Below are positions 48,024 to 57,650 of a DNA stretch of 64,000 nucleotides, piece after piece. How positions within the stretch are numbered: the first letter of the stretch is position 1; every line of letters begins with the position of its first letter. Below the pieces are notes generated by a model. The model worked only from the letters and a program-made list of their open reading frames with translations, made no database searches and had not been told where the DNA came from. A program made the translations under genes and the position numbers. Origin of the DNA: Fibrobacterales bacterium (GTDB taxonomy: Bacteria; Fibrobacterota; Fibrobacteria; Fibrobacterales; JAOPTW01); assembly GCA_051532035.1 (NCBI GenBank), contig JAOPTW010000008.1:32001-96000 (forward strand), written 5' to 3'.

Positions 48024-49250
48024 TTACTCACTATCAATTTTAGTTCTAAACCGTAGTGTCAGAGTTGGAGCTAAATTAGGGTTAGAATCATAACTTTCAA
48101 CTTCACGATACCCATTGCATGTTAAAACCAACCCTAATGTGTTATAGCTTTCCCACTCACCACTATCATTCTGAAGAATTCCAATAAGCACATCTTTGAT
48201 ATTTTCTGAACGTCCAGCAAGGCTATCATTTGGACCCCAAGTTCCAGAGGATATCCAATCGAATATTCGTGCATCTTCCTGAACTTCACTTGATAGCCCA
48301 ACTAACCCCAATGAATCGATGCTTTTAAGAGTATCGAGCGACAGACCTTCTGCATTACGAATTCCCCTTACGGTACAATTACTTTCTGTACCTGCACTGT
48401 TTCCCCAAAACTGGAGGTATGCCTCTTCAATGGAATCAGATTTACTCAGAGGGACATTCTCAAAAAGAAGTACTACCCATGCAGAAGAATCTAATAAGGA
48501 CCCCAGCTCTAAGGGAGCATTGGACTTAGTCACCACCAAGCTATCTTCATTTTCATAAGCATCGTGATCAGCTCTATCAATTTGAAATGATAATTCAACA
48601 ACTTTATCGTTATAACTTATAACACTACTTGTTTCAGCCTCTGAAGAACTACTCTCACTTGAACTTATTGGTGTTACTACCACACCAGTACTTGATGAAC
48701 TTTCTGAAACAACTTCACTGCTACTCGACAACATAACTTGACTTGACACTACTGTAGCTGAACTTGAAACGGCGACCGCCCCCCGTACTTCTGTAATACT
48801 ATCATAGCCAATTGCAAGATAGGTGAGAAAATCTCTTTTCTTGAGTGCCATTGGAATAGTGTCGACAAATGGATCATACGCTTCATAGAGTACCCGTGCA
48901 ATAAGTACGGTATCTGTTTGAGTCTCTTTGTACATTCTAATAACAAAAGGACGCCCTATACCACCATCTGGAAAATGAAATACTCCTTGGGCATCGGTAG
49001 AAAGCTCATAGGTTGCCGCACTTTTTGCCGCAATTGAGCGCTTAGCAGTCAGTACCCCATAATCATCTTTAATGAGTTCAACCGAGACACCCTCAACTGG
49101 ATTCCCTGCTGGGTCAACAACGATCCCCGCAATACTATCTTCTGTAGTTGTATAAGTGCCAGCATTTTGATCTATAGTTTCTGAAACAGAACATCCACTC
49201 CAAAGAAGCGATATCCCCAATATCGAAGTATATACTAATTTTATACTCAT
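48024..49250 (-). CDS. Lipoprotein: carboxypeptidase-regulatory-like domain, Ser-rich linker, C-terminal beta-sandwich (DNRLRE-like)
   Basis: WSGC lipobox; IAGIVVDPAGNPVEGVSVEL..STDAQGVFHF; DAYE..LLFENV..IEEAYLQF..SYDSNPNLAPTLTL; ATGA overlap with TIGR02147. Confidence 0.7.
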   Translation of the reverse strand: MSIKLVYTSILGISLLWSGCSVSETIDQNAGTYTTTEDSIAGIVVDPAGNPVEGVSVELIKDDYGVLTAKRSIAAKSAATYELSTDAQGVFHFPDGGIGRPFVIRMYKETQTDTVLIARVLYEAYDPFVDTIPMALKKRDFLTYLAIGYDSITEVRGAVAVSSSATVVSSQVMLSSSSEVVSESSSSTGVVVTPISSSESSSSEAETSSVISYNDKVVELSFQIDRADHDAYENEDSLVVTKSNAPLELGSLLDSSAWVVLLFENVPLSKSDSIEEAYLQFWGNSAGTESNCTVRGIRNAEGLSLDTLKSIDSLGLVGLSSEVQEDARIFDWISSGTWGPNDSLAGRSENIKDVLIGILQNDSGEWESYNTLGLVLTCNGYREVESYDSNPNLAPTLTLRFRTKIDSE

Positions 49251-50080
49251 CTTTTCATCTCCTTGGTAACGGGAAACAACTGCAGGTTCATCTCATATAC
49301 TCTGCCTTCGTTCTCGTCCGCAATAATAATTTCTTCTATTTCTTTGTGTACCTTTGCAATTTTCTTCTTAATCTCTTCAAAAGCATTGTTTGATACACTA
49401 AATGTTTTAGTTGATACTGAACGTTGTCCTCGTACAAATCTACCGAGAGACTCTTTAGCAAGATCCATCATCTGAAATTGAAAGTTATGTATGTGAAGTG
49501 GCCCAATTTCCGAGCCAGACATTACGCCTGAGTCACACGCCTTCCAAAACCCATCGGCATTTTTGGCGATAAGGCCAAGGTTGCTCAAGGTTCGAATAGC
49601 GCTTTTGACCTCTGAAGTACGCACTTGTGGCTCTAAGTAGTAAGCCATATCTCCATGATTATCATCGCCAATATTCACAATAGAGAGTGATTCACGGATA
49701 ACGACATTAAACCAGTGAGAATAATAGTCACGTTGGTCATTTTTAAGTCGCTTTGTTTTATTAGGAAGATACGGAACCATCTGATCAAAAATCTGTTGCT
49801 TTGCTTCAACAGTCTTTCCTCGATCATAGAGCACCATTAACTCAAGATATTCGGTCTCTTTCTCGCTAAGAGCTAACCCTTTTGCGTATTTTGGAATAAG
49901 ACGCTGAGTCATATTTACTGTACCATCTACGATACGTGAATATGATCCCGATGAATTGAACCCCGCCTTCTTCATGAAGTAGCGATAAGAAAAGTATGGT
50001 TTTGCCGCTTTTTCAGTCTTGTAATAATCGTCAAGATATTTGCGGTAATCAAAATAATTGTATATGCTGATGGATTTCAC
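49247..50080 (-). CDS. TIGR02147 family protein (DUF4423), copy 2
   Basis: GTG start; IYNYFDYRKYLDDYY..FSYRYFMKKAG, YYSHWFNVVIRE, VYEMNLQLFPVT. Confidence 0.9.
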   Translation of the reverse strand: MKSISIYNYFDYRKYLDDYYKTEKAAKPYFSYRYFMKKAGFNSSGSYSRIVDGTVNMTQRLIPKYAKGLALSEKETEYLELMVLYDRGKTVEAKQQIFDQMVPYLPNKTKRLKNDQRDYYSHWFNVVIRESLSIVNIGDDNHGDMAYYLEPQVRTSEVKSAIRTLSNLGLIAKNADGFWKACDSGVMSGSEIGPLHIHNFQFQMMDLAKESLGRFVRGQRSVSTKTFSVSNNAFEEIKKKIAKVHKEIEEIIIADENEGRVYEMNLQLFPVTKEMKR

Positions 50081-50234
50081 TGCCCCAACCCCTATTAGAA
50101 CTCACTAAAGATATATTAAAAGTTCAAACATGCAAAACAGTGTTTACTTTTTTTGAACAATAATTACTTATTTTACACATAGTTTACAGTTTTTTAGTTT
50201 TTAAAGCCAATAGATTGTCTTGATTTTGTGAACA

Positions 50235-50270
50235 GCAGTACCTTAAGCAGCACCTTAATAAGCACCCTTT
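50235..50270. repeat. Three imperfect 12-bp direct repeats (GCAGTACCTTAA / GCAGCACCTTAA / TAAGCACCCTTT)
   Basis: Read directly; upstream of TIGR02147 copy 2. Confidence 0.6.
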
Positions 50271-50297
50271 TTTCACTAAAAATGGCATTTTGAAAGG

Positions 50298-50570
50298 CTA
50301 GTCGGTAGCTTCGTCAAAATAACGGGTGAGCTTGTCCGTAATATCTTCGGTTACTTCACTTCGGTTATAAAATCCGGCCGATATTTTGCTTTGGATATTT
50401 TGGAGCTTATCGCTTGATGATGAGGAGAGCTCAACACTATCTTTAGGCTGTGTCGGCTTGGATTTGGCTCCAGAATCAACAACACTCCCTTTTATGGGGC
50501 GTTTTGAGCTCATTTGGCTATTGTACGCCTGTTGAGCATATGAACCTGTTATAGATGATATATTCATCAT
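50298..50570 (-). CDS. flgM: Anti-sigma-28 factor FlgM-like protein
   Basis: About 90 aa; MNISSI...DSVELS...KLQNIQSKISAGFY FlgM pattern; sigma-28 promoter immediately upstream. Confidence 0.7.
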   Translation of the reverse strand: MMNISSITGSYAQQAYNSQMSSKRPIKGSVVDSGAKSKPTQPKDSVELSSSSSDKLQNIQSKISAGFYNRSEVTEDITDKLTRYFDEATD

Positions 50571-50602
50571 CCTCTGCCTCGATAAAGTTACTCCTATTAT
50601 AG

Positions 50603-50629
50603 GTATCGACCAGTCTTCCTGAATCTTTA
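50603..50629 (-). promoter_or_regulatory. Sigma-28 (FliA) promoter
   Basis: Minus strand TAAA-N15-GTCGATAC versus consensus TAAA-N15-GCCGATAA. Confidence 0.7.
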
Positions 50630-50747
50630 CCTTTTTTATCGCTTTTCTGTAAAACTTTTTTGGAAATCGCCCATATACCGCTACTCGTTTGTGCATTTAC
50701 TTGATTTTTGCTACTTTTGGCTCACATTTTACCAAACCTGAGTGCTT

Positions 50748-52067
50748 ATGAGTGAAATAATTGTTTCTAAATTTGGCGGAAGTTCTGTTGCTAATGCGAA
50801 CCAGTTCAAAAAAATAAAAGATATTGTTTTGAGTGACAGCAATCGCAAAGTAATTGTCGTTTCTGCCCCTGGCAAATCTCATAAAGATGACATTAAAATA
50901 ACTGACCTCCTCTTTTCTGCTTTTGAACTAGCCGCAAAACGACTTGACATCTCACCAGCATTCAACCCTATCATTGAACGATTTGGCGCTATCGCACACG
51001 ACCTCGGCCTCAGTAAAAACATACTTGATGACCTTGAAGAACTCCGCGCAGCACTCACCAATAAGATTGAAACAATCACTGAATCATTTGTAATCTCTCG
51101 TGGTGAATACCTGTGTGCACGCCTGATGGCTGAATACCTTGGTGGCACTTTTATTGATGCCTTTGATGTTATCGAAATTGACGCTTATGGCCGTGCAAAT
51201 GAGCACTCATTTGACTCTATCAATGACAAATTGACTGATGATGCTATTCATGTTGTTCCAGGATTTTATGGCAAAGGTCACCACGGTAATCTCGAATTAT
51301 TTTCACGCGGTGGATCAGATATTTCAGGAGCAATTTTAGCAAATGGGCTCAATGCTGCCCGCTACGAAAACTGGACTGATGTATCGGGGCTTCTTATGGC
51401 TGACCCACGACTCATCGACAACCCACTCCCTATGAAACGCGTCAGTTATCGTGAAATTAGAGAACTCGCATATATGGGGGCCAATGTTTTTCACGACGAA
51501 GCAATCGCCCCGTGTAAAGTGAAAAATATTCCTATCAATATTAAAAATACTAATCGTCCTGAAGACTCAGGAACAATCATTGGCCCAGCGCCTAAGACCC
51601 CCAAGCACACCGTTACAGGCATAGCCGGTAAAAAAGACTTCTCTCTGATTTATATCGAAAAAGGTATGATGAACAAAGAGCGGGGCTTTGGTCGAAAAAT
51701 ATTAGGTATTTTAGAAACCCATAACGTACCCTACGAACACTCCCCAACCGGTATTGACTCAATGTCCGTTATTGTAGACCAACAACAACTCAACGCGGTG
51801 GAAGACCTGGTTCTTGACGAAATAACCCGAACTACCAACCCTGACTTTATAAAAGTGAGCAAAGACATTTCACTTATCGCCACGGTTGGGCACGGTATGG
51901 CACACACCATTGGTGTTTCGGCCCAACTTTTTACAGCTTTGGCAAATGATAACATCAATATCAGAATTATTGACCAAGGGTCGTCTGAAATTAATATTAT
52001 TATAGGGGTTGATCAAAAAGACTATGAGAGAGCTATTACTTCAATCTATGGTGCTTTCATCCAATAA
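50748..52067 (+). CDS. lysC: Aspartate kinase
   Basis: VSKFGGSSVA, VVSAPGK, SRGE, FSRGGSDISG, ENWTDVSG, ELAYMGANV, C-terminal ACT domains. Confidence 0.95.
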   Translation: MSEIIVSKFGGSSVANANQFKKIKDIVLSDSNRKVIVVSAPGKSHKDDIKITDLLFSAFELAAKRLDISPAFNPIIERFGAIAHDLGLSKNILDDLEELRAALTNKIETITESFVISRGEYLCARLMAEYLGGTFIDAFDVIEIDAYGRANEHSFDSINDKLTDDAIHVVPGFYGKGHHGNLELFSRGGSDISGAILANGLNAARYENWTDVSGLLMADPRLIDNPLPMKRVSYREIRELAYMGANVFHDEAIAPCKVKNIPINIKNTNRPEDSGTIIGPAPKTPKHTVTGIAGKKDFSLIYIEKGMMNKERGFGRKILGILETHNVPYEHSPTGIDSMSVIVDQQQLNAVEDLVLDEITRTTNPDFIKVSKDISLIATVGHGMAHTIGVSAQLFTALANDNINIRIIDQGSSEINIIIGVDQKDYERAITSIYGAFIQ

Positions 52068-52109
52068 TCTTACAACGCTATTTAGAGACCACAAGCGACA
52101 GGACGCGTC

Positions 52110-52541
52110 ATGAAACTTGACCAAGCAGAAATACAGTATAAAGAGTATCTCAGTAAAAGCAAAATGTTTTTCACTAAAGAACGTGCTCTTATTCTGCAAG
52201 CAGTACTCAACCAAGAAGGGCACTTTAGCGTTGATGAGCTTGATTTTGAGATGCAAAAATCTGACAAAAAAGCGTCACGTGCCACACTCTATCGCTCAAT
52301 CAATAACTTGGTAGATGCAGGGATTCTTATTGAGGCTGATTTTGGTCATGGTCATATTCACTATGAAATTGCTGGAAGTGCACCTCATGAGCACCTTGTG
52401 TGCAATGAATGCGGTACAGTAACTGAAGTGAAAAGTCCAAAAATTCTAAATGCAATTGAATCACTCTCCGAAGAGTATGAGTTCGCATTTGCCTCTCATA
52501 AAAGTACGATTTTTGGCATCTGTAAAAAATGTCAGGGATAA
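52110..52541 (+). CDS. fur: Fur family transcriptional regulator
   Basis: TKERALIL, HFSVDEL, SRATLYRS, HEHLVCNECG, FGICKKC. Confidence 0.9.
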   Translation: MKLDQAEIQYKEYLSKSKMFFTKERALILQAVLNQEGHFSVDELDFEMQKSDKKASRATLYRSINNLVDAGILIEADFGHGHIHYEIAGSAPHEHLVCNECGTVTEVKSPKILNAIESLSEEYEFAFASHKSTIFGICKKCQG

Positions 52542-52607
52542 CCTTCCTCTAACGCACTCATGTTAGCACAACAAGGCCCAACGGGACCTACCTAATCTCA
52601 GTCACAT

Positions 52608-53258
52608 TCAACTTACAGAAATCAGCTTCTGAAAATCATACCCTTCCCACTCCACACCTTCACTTGGCTCCGTATTGAATGAGTAAGTCTTATTCTGTAA
52701 AGTAAACGTGATAGCGTATGCATGGAGATAGCCGCGATCATACTGTTCTGCATCAGGGCTATAGATAGGGTCACCTAAAATAGCGGCACCAATTGATTTG
52801 AGTGCGACCCGTATCTGATGGGTTTTCCCTGTTTTAGGAGTCACAATATACAGACGTTTTTTAGGCTCGCAACTGACACTTTTAAAAAGAGTGACCGCAG
52901 GATTATTATGAGTCCTCATGAGTTTCCAGGACTTTCTACGGGAACGTTCCATATCACCTGCTATAGTTCCCTGTTTCTTTTTGGGCTTCTTGTCACTCAA
53001 GGCAATATAGGTCTTTTGAACAAGTCTCTTTTCAAACTGTGTAGTGAGCTCTGCAGCGATAGTGGACGAAAGCGCAATAACCAACACCCCTGAAGTCATT
53101 TTATCAAGGCGATGGACGGGATAGAGTGCATCAATTGCTAGATCTCTTCGAAGAGCCTCAAAGAGCGAATCATCTTCACCTTCTTTATGAAAATTGATGC
53201 CTGGTAATTTATCAATCACAATAAACAGGTCATTTTGGTGAATCATCCGATACATCAT
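52608..53258 (-). CDS. RluA-family RNA pseudouridine synthase (TIGR01621-like)
   Basis: VHRLDKMTSG, KKPKKKQGTIAGDM, TGKTHQIRVAL, GDPIY, YLHA. Confidence 0.9.
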   Translation of the reverse strand: MMYRMIHQNDLFIVIDKLPGINFHKEGEDDSLFEALRRDLAIDALYPVHRLDKMTSGVLVIALSSTIAAELTTQFEKRLVQKTYIALSDKKPKKKQGTIAGDMERSRRKSWKLMRTHNNPAVTLFKSVSCEPKKRLYIVTPKTGKTHQIRVALKSIGAAILGDPIYSPDAEQYDRGYLHAYAITFTLQNKTYSFNTEPSEGVEWEGYDFQKLISVS

Positions 53259-53302
53259 CTCTTATCCTTTAGTGAAAACGCTAAAGCGCTTTTTATAGAT
53301 AC

Positions 53303-53334
53303 AAAAAAAGCCTTCCGGAATCCGGAAGGCTTTT
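53303..53334 (-). terminator. rpsD terminator
   Basis: AAAAAAAGCCTTCCGGA-A-TCCGGAAGGCTTTT. Confidence 0.9.
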
Positions 53335-53356
53335 AATAGAGCACAAAGCTGTTTTA

Positions 53357-53959
53357 CTATTTCGAGTAAAACTCAACGATGAGTTGCTCAGTAACTTGAA
53401 CAGGAATCTGATCACGTTCTGGAATTACAACTAGTTTTGACTCGATTTTACTTTTGTTAATTTCGAGGTATGCTGGAGCTTCAGGGCCATTAGCCACTGA
53501 CTCAACGATTTGTGGATGAGCTTTTGATTTTTCTCTAATTGAGATAACGTCATTAACACGGATTTTCATAGAGCCGTTAAAACAACGAACACCATTAACC
53601 ATGAAGTGACCATGTGCAACATATTGACGAGCAGCATATGCAGTTTTTGCAAATCCTGATCTAAGAACCAATGCGTCTAAACGAGTTTCAAGCTGTTGAA
53701 GAAGCGCTCCACCGGTAGCACCTTTTGTTGCGTTTGCACGAACAAATGCTTTCTTAAGTTGTTTTTCAGAAACATTATAAATCTCTTTGAGTCTCTGTTT
53801 TTCAACGAGTTGAGTTTTATAAACTGAAGGTCCTCTTTTACGACCTTGACCATGTTGACCTGGGCCAAATGATCTTTTGCTCATAATACGAGCAGCTTTT
53901 TCTGTAAGTGGTAAGTTCAACGCACGCGAAACTTTTACTTTTGGTCCTCTAACTGGCAT
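53357..53959 (-). CDS. rpsD: 30S ribosomal protein S4
   Basis: GPKVKVSRAL, PGQHG, QLVEKQRL, LETRLDALV, ARQYVAHGH, EQLIVEFYSK; GAGGA RBS. Confidence 0.96.
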   Translation of the reverse strand: MPVRGPKVKVSRALNLPLTEKAARIMSKRSFGPGQHGQGRKRGPSVYKTQLVEKQRLKEIYNVSEKQLKKAFVRANATKGATGGALLQQLETRLDALVLRSGFAKTAYAARQYVAHGHFMVNGVRCFNGSMKIRVNDVISIREKSKAHPQIVESVANGPEAPAYLEINKSKIESKLVVIPERDQIPVQVTEQLIVEFYSK

Positions 53960-54143
53960 AGTTATCCTCATGTTGCGATTCTACTGGAAAGTAAAAATGA
54001 AACCAGTATCATCAATTTCTTTTGTGAAGGGTCAAATATAGTAAATGGAGAGCATATTTTAAGCAAACTGCCAAATTAATACGCCCAATGCTACAATTTG
54101 ACTATAATTCCATACAGGTTACGGTTGAAAAAGGTAGCACACC

Positions 54144-54827
54144 ATAGCAAACCCTAAAAATACACAAATTCGAGAACAGCTTGGTGAACGCCTCTATGCG
54201 GCCTATTCTAACTTGAGGCCACGCTGGGATGTATGGGATTTCTGTTGTGACCATGGCTATCTCGGTAAAAAAGCCCTCGAAAACAATAAATTTAACACCA
54301 TTCACTTTGTTGATCGTGTCTATCATATCACCGAAGAACTGACCGCCTACCTTGTAGACCACGACAACGCCCTTGTGTACAATGAGGATATTCGCCAAAA
54401 GAACCTTTATGTAACAGGGAACCTCGTTTTTTTCGGAATTGGCGCACAGAGTATAATCGATATGCTCCTACTACAGTGTCCACAACCCATTGAAGGTGTG
54501 AGACTCATCCTCTGCCCTAATAAAAACCCCGAAACACTGCGAACCTATCTCGCATCGGGTAACTGGAAAATCGTAACCGACACCCTTATAGAAGACAATC
54601 GATCACTTAAAGAGGTCATTGTCTGTGAGGCCCAAGGCGAAACCATAGAACTCTTTGGCAACTACCTCAAAAACCACCCACAGTACAGTGACTATATCAG
54701 ATCACGAAAAGAGTATTACGAGTCACTCCCCGAAGAGAACTCTGGACGCAAAGAGTTCTTACCCTATTTAATACAGTGCGTCACCGCAATGAACACTCAC
54801 CAGGAGCCCAGCAATGAAACAGATTAA
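54144..54827 (+). CDS. trmK: tRNA (adenine22-N1)-methyltransferase TrmK-like; start uncertain (ATA at 54144 proposed; first TTG at 54213)
   Basis: LGERL...VWDFCCDHGYLG, GIGAQSI, LILCP, LRTYL, LIEDN..KEVI. Confidence 0.7.
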   Translation: MANPKNTQIREQLGERLYAAYSNLRPRWDVWDFCCDHGYLGKKALENNKFNTIHFVDRVYHITEELTAYLVDHDNALVYNEDIRQKNLYVTGNLVFFGIGAQSIIDMLLLQCPQPIEGVRLILCPNKNPETLRTYLASGNWKIVTDTLIEDNRSLKEVIVCEAQGETIELFGNYLKNHPQYSDYIRSRKEYYESLPEENSGRKEFLPYLIQCVTAMNTHQEPSNETD

Positions 54828-55191
54828 AACATCCAAAGCACCAATGGCACTCGGCCCATATTCTCAGGCAGTTCTCAGCCGAGGAACCCTCTATAGTTCT
54901 GGACAAATTGCACTGAACCCTCACACCAAAAAAATAGAAGGAAGCACCATCGAAGAACAGACGCGACAGGTGCTCACTAACATAGAAGCCATCTTACTAG
55001 AAGCGGGTATGACTCTTTCGAATGTTGTTAAAACAACGGTCTTTATGCAAAACCTCGAAGATTTTGCTCAGATGAATGCTGTCTACGAAGAAGCTTTTGG
55101 TGAAAGTAAGCCTGCACGTGCCACGGTTGAGGTAAGCCGACTTCCTGCAGACGCCTTAATCGAGATCGAGTGTATTGCGCTAGAGGAATAA
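54814..55191 (+). CDS. ridA: RidA/YjgF enamine-imine deaminase
   Basis: APMALGPYSQA, SGQI, VVKTTVF, FAQMNAVY, PARATVEVSRLP, IEIECIA. Confidence 0.93.
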   Translation: MKQIKTSKAPMALGPYSQAVLSRGTLYSSGQIALNPHTKKIEGSTIEEQTRQVLTNIEAILLEAGMTLSNVVKTTVFMQNLEDFAQMNAVYEEAFGESKPARATVEVSRLPADALIEIECIALEE

Positions 55192-55917
55192 ATGTCAATT
55201 CTTATTGCCGTTCCTGTATATAACCGATTTAAAATTACGCACCTCTGCCTCAATCAACTAATGAAGCATAAGAATCCCGCTGACAAGGTACTCGTATACA
55301 ACGATCACTCTACTGAGTTTGACCACAATCAACTCCTCCCCCTTGTTGATGAAGCAGTGATCCTCCCCACAAAATCGCTCAATGGCCCAGCCACCATACG
55401 TTGGCATCAAATGCACACGTTTTTAGAAAGTGATCACGAATTCCTCTACGCTACCGACAATGACGGCTTTCATGATCCAACATTTAGAGAGACCCTTATG
55501 ACGCTGTTCACACATGTGGGCAGCAGTAAACTTCCTGTTTCACTCTACAACAGCTACTATCACAACAAACCAGAAAATATAGTGTTAAACAAACAAGGCA
55601 TCTCTCTTAAAAAAACAGCCCCAGGTATCTCGATGCTCTACACTCGAGCAATGGTTGAAAAAATCATTTCCTCAGTTGATACTGCTCCTCATGAACATGA
55701 CTCCTACGACTGGGACTACCGCTCGTGCGGATATCTTGCGCAGCTTTTTGTCTCATCAAATACCTCATATGTGGAACACTTTGGTTTTGGTGGCATGCAC
55801 TATTCTCAAGAGAATAATGATATTGCTCAAAACCCCACCCCCTACCTCCAAAAGTATCGGCAATCAATTTTAAACTATTTACAGCACGATACTCCACTTC
55901 CCCCAGAACTGTGTTGA
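55192..55917 (+). CDS. Glycosyltransferase family 2-like (GT-A fold)
   Basis: ILIAVPVYNR, VYNDHST, TDND (DxD), SYVEHFG. Confidence 0.7.
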   Translation: MSILIAVPVYNRFKITHLCLNQLMKHKNPADKVLVYNDHSTEFDHNQLLPLVDEAVILPTKSLNGPATIRWHQMHTFLESDHEFLYATDNDGFHDPTFRETLMTLFTHVGSSKLPVSLYNSYYHNKPENIVLNKQGISLKKTAPGISMLYTRAMVEKIISSVDTAPHEHDSYDWDYRSCGYLAQLFVSSNTSYVEHFGFGGMHYSQENNDIAQNPTPYLQKYRQSILNYLQHDTPLPPELC

Positions 55918-56010
55918 GTTATTTTACATCATTGAGAAACTCCTTGTAAAGATTCGCTCTTATTAGCCCCATCTTCTCTAGTGGTTACTATTTTTATCCG
56001 ATGACCTAGT

Positions 56011-56811
56011 ATGAGTTTAACCATTTACCCTATGCTCCTTGTTCCATTTAGACGTAGTCAAGCCGACATCACCCTCCCTTTTATAGAAAAGCATGGGTTC
56101 GGTATTGAGATACATGATTTCAGAGAGTCTGAAGTGGTTAACAGCGATTCAACCTACCAAAATGTACTCGCAGATGTCACGACCACCCTCAGCGGCGTTT
56201 CATGCGTTAAAACACTCCATGCTCCCTTTAGAGAACTCTCAGTCTTTAGTGACGACACTGCAATCGCTGCAATTTCTCAAAAACGGATCATTAATTCACT
56301 CATTACCGCTCAAGCACTTGGTTGTGAAAAAGTAGTAGTCCATACGGGATTCAATCCTCTGATTGCAGATGCTCAGCGGGAGCATAATATTGCAGATAAA
56401 ATCCTCGCTTTCTACACCACTATTGCTGCCCAGTTTTCTGATATCACCATCTGCCTCGAAAACTCATTTGAAACGTCATTTTTACTCTTTGAACGAATAT
56501 TTAGCCAGGGTACACCTCCAAACTTAAAGATGTGTCTCGACACTGGTCACTCGCATCTCTTTGGCCAAAAGAGTACCTCCGAAATTATCACTCAATTCAG
56601 TGAATATATTTCTCATGTACATTTACACGATAATCACCGAGATAGAGACGCCCACCTGATACCTGGCCATGGAACTCTTGACTGGGTCTCAACTGCAGAT
56701 GCGCTCAGCAGACTCAACGACCCAACGCTCCTTATCGAAGTGTTCGACCCCAAAAAGATCGAACACTATTTAGGTGATATAGAGCAGCTTCTTTCGATGC
56801 AAAAAGTGTAA
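56011..56811 (+). CDS. Sugar phosphate isomerase/epimerase (AP endonuclease 2 TIM barrel)
   Basis: LHAPF, VVHTG, ICLEN, CLDTGH, HVHLHDN, DAHLIPGHG. Confidence 0.87.
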   Translation: MSLTIYPMLLVPFRRSQADITLPFIEKHGFGIEIHDFRESEVVNSDSTYQNVLADVTTTLSGVSCVKTLHAPFRELSVFSDDTAIAAISQKRIINSLITAQALGCEKVVVHTGFNPLIADAQREHNIADKILAFYTTIAAQFSDITICLENSFETSFLLFERIFSQGTPPNLKMCLDTGHSHLFGQKSTSEIITQFSEYISHVHLHDNHRDRDAHLIPGHGTLDWVSTADALSRLNDPTLLIEVFDPKKIEHYLGDIEQLLSMQKV

Positions 56812-56833
56812 TACATTAGGGCAGTTCTAAAAC

Positions 56834-57526
56834 CTACTCATCATTACTCACAATGTAATCCTGAAGAAAAGAGAGGGGAAGGTAGTGATCGTCCTCAACC
56901 TTAATTGTCACGTTCTGATTACTTTCCCAATGGGTAAAAGAGATTGAGGTTGCATTGAGCATGAGCCTATGGGTATCAAAACGCTCTCGAAAAAGGGTAT
57001 TGTGCTTGCCCTCACCATATGCAGTATCACCAACAATAGGATGAAAGAAACTTTTCATATGCCTTCGAATCTGATGCATCCTACCTGTTTTGGGGAGGCA
57101 TGCAACATGGGCATAGCGCACTGACTGGTGCTCCCCCATAGGTATGGGAAGCTCATATTTTGTTATCAACCTAAATTCCGTTTGTGCATCGAGATACTCA
57201 TCACCCCGTTCATTAAGCAACGGTTTATCAATAAGACCCGCATCAACCCAGCCACGCACCAACGCTTCATAGGTTTTTTCTATCTTGCCATATCGAAAGA
57301 GCAGGGAAAGCTGTCGCGCGGCCTCGGAAGACAACCCAAAGAGAAGCACCCCAGAAGTAGGTCGATCCAGCCGGTGAACCGGATATAGTTTTTGTCCGAG
57401 CTGGTCGCGCAAGAGTTGCAGCACTGTAACAGTATCAGTTGAGAGTGCAGAGCGATGTACTAAAATCCCAGGGGGTTTATAAATAGCCACCATATGTTCA
57501 TCATGATAGAGAATTGGAAAAGACAC
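56834..57526 (-). CDS. truC: tRNA pseudouridine synthase C
   Basis: KPPGILVHRS, LQLLRDQLGQ, VHRLDRPTSG, ALVRGW, TGRMHQIRRHM, IVGDTAYG; GTG start with AAGGAG. Confidence 0.85.
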   Translation of the reverse strand: MSFPILYHDEHMVAIYKPPGILVHRSALSTDTVTVLQLLRDQLGQKLYPVHRLDRPTSGVLLFGLSSEAARQLSLLFRYGKIEKTYEALVRGWVDAGLIDKPLLNERGDEYLDAQTEFRLITKYELPIPMGEHQSVRYAHVACLPKTGRMHQIRRHMKSFFHPIVGDTAYGEGKHNTLFRERFDTHRLMLNATSISFTHWESNQNVTIKVEDDHYLPLSFLQDYIVSNDE

Positions 57527-57650
57527 TGAAACTCCTTGGTTACACGCCAAATATAGCAATCAATAGAGAGCGGTTAGTGTATCTTGGATAATGAGCCCGA
57601 TACAAATCAATTTTTTCTATAATTAGGTAAAATCTTACTTGATACTCTCT

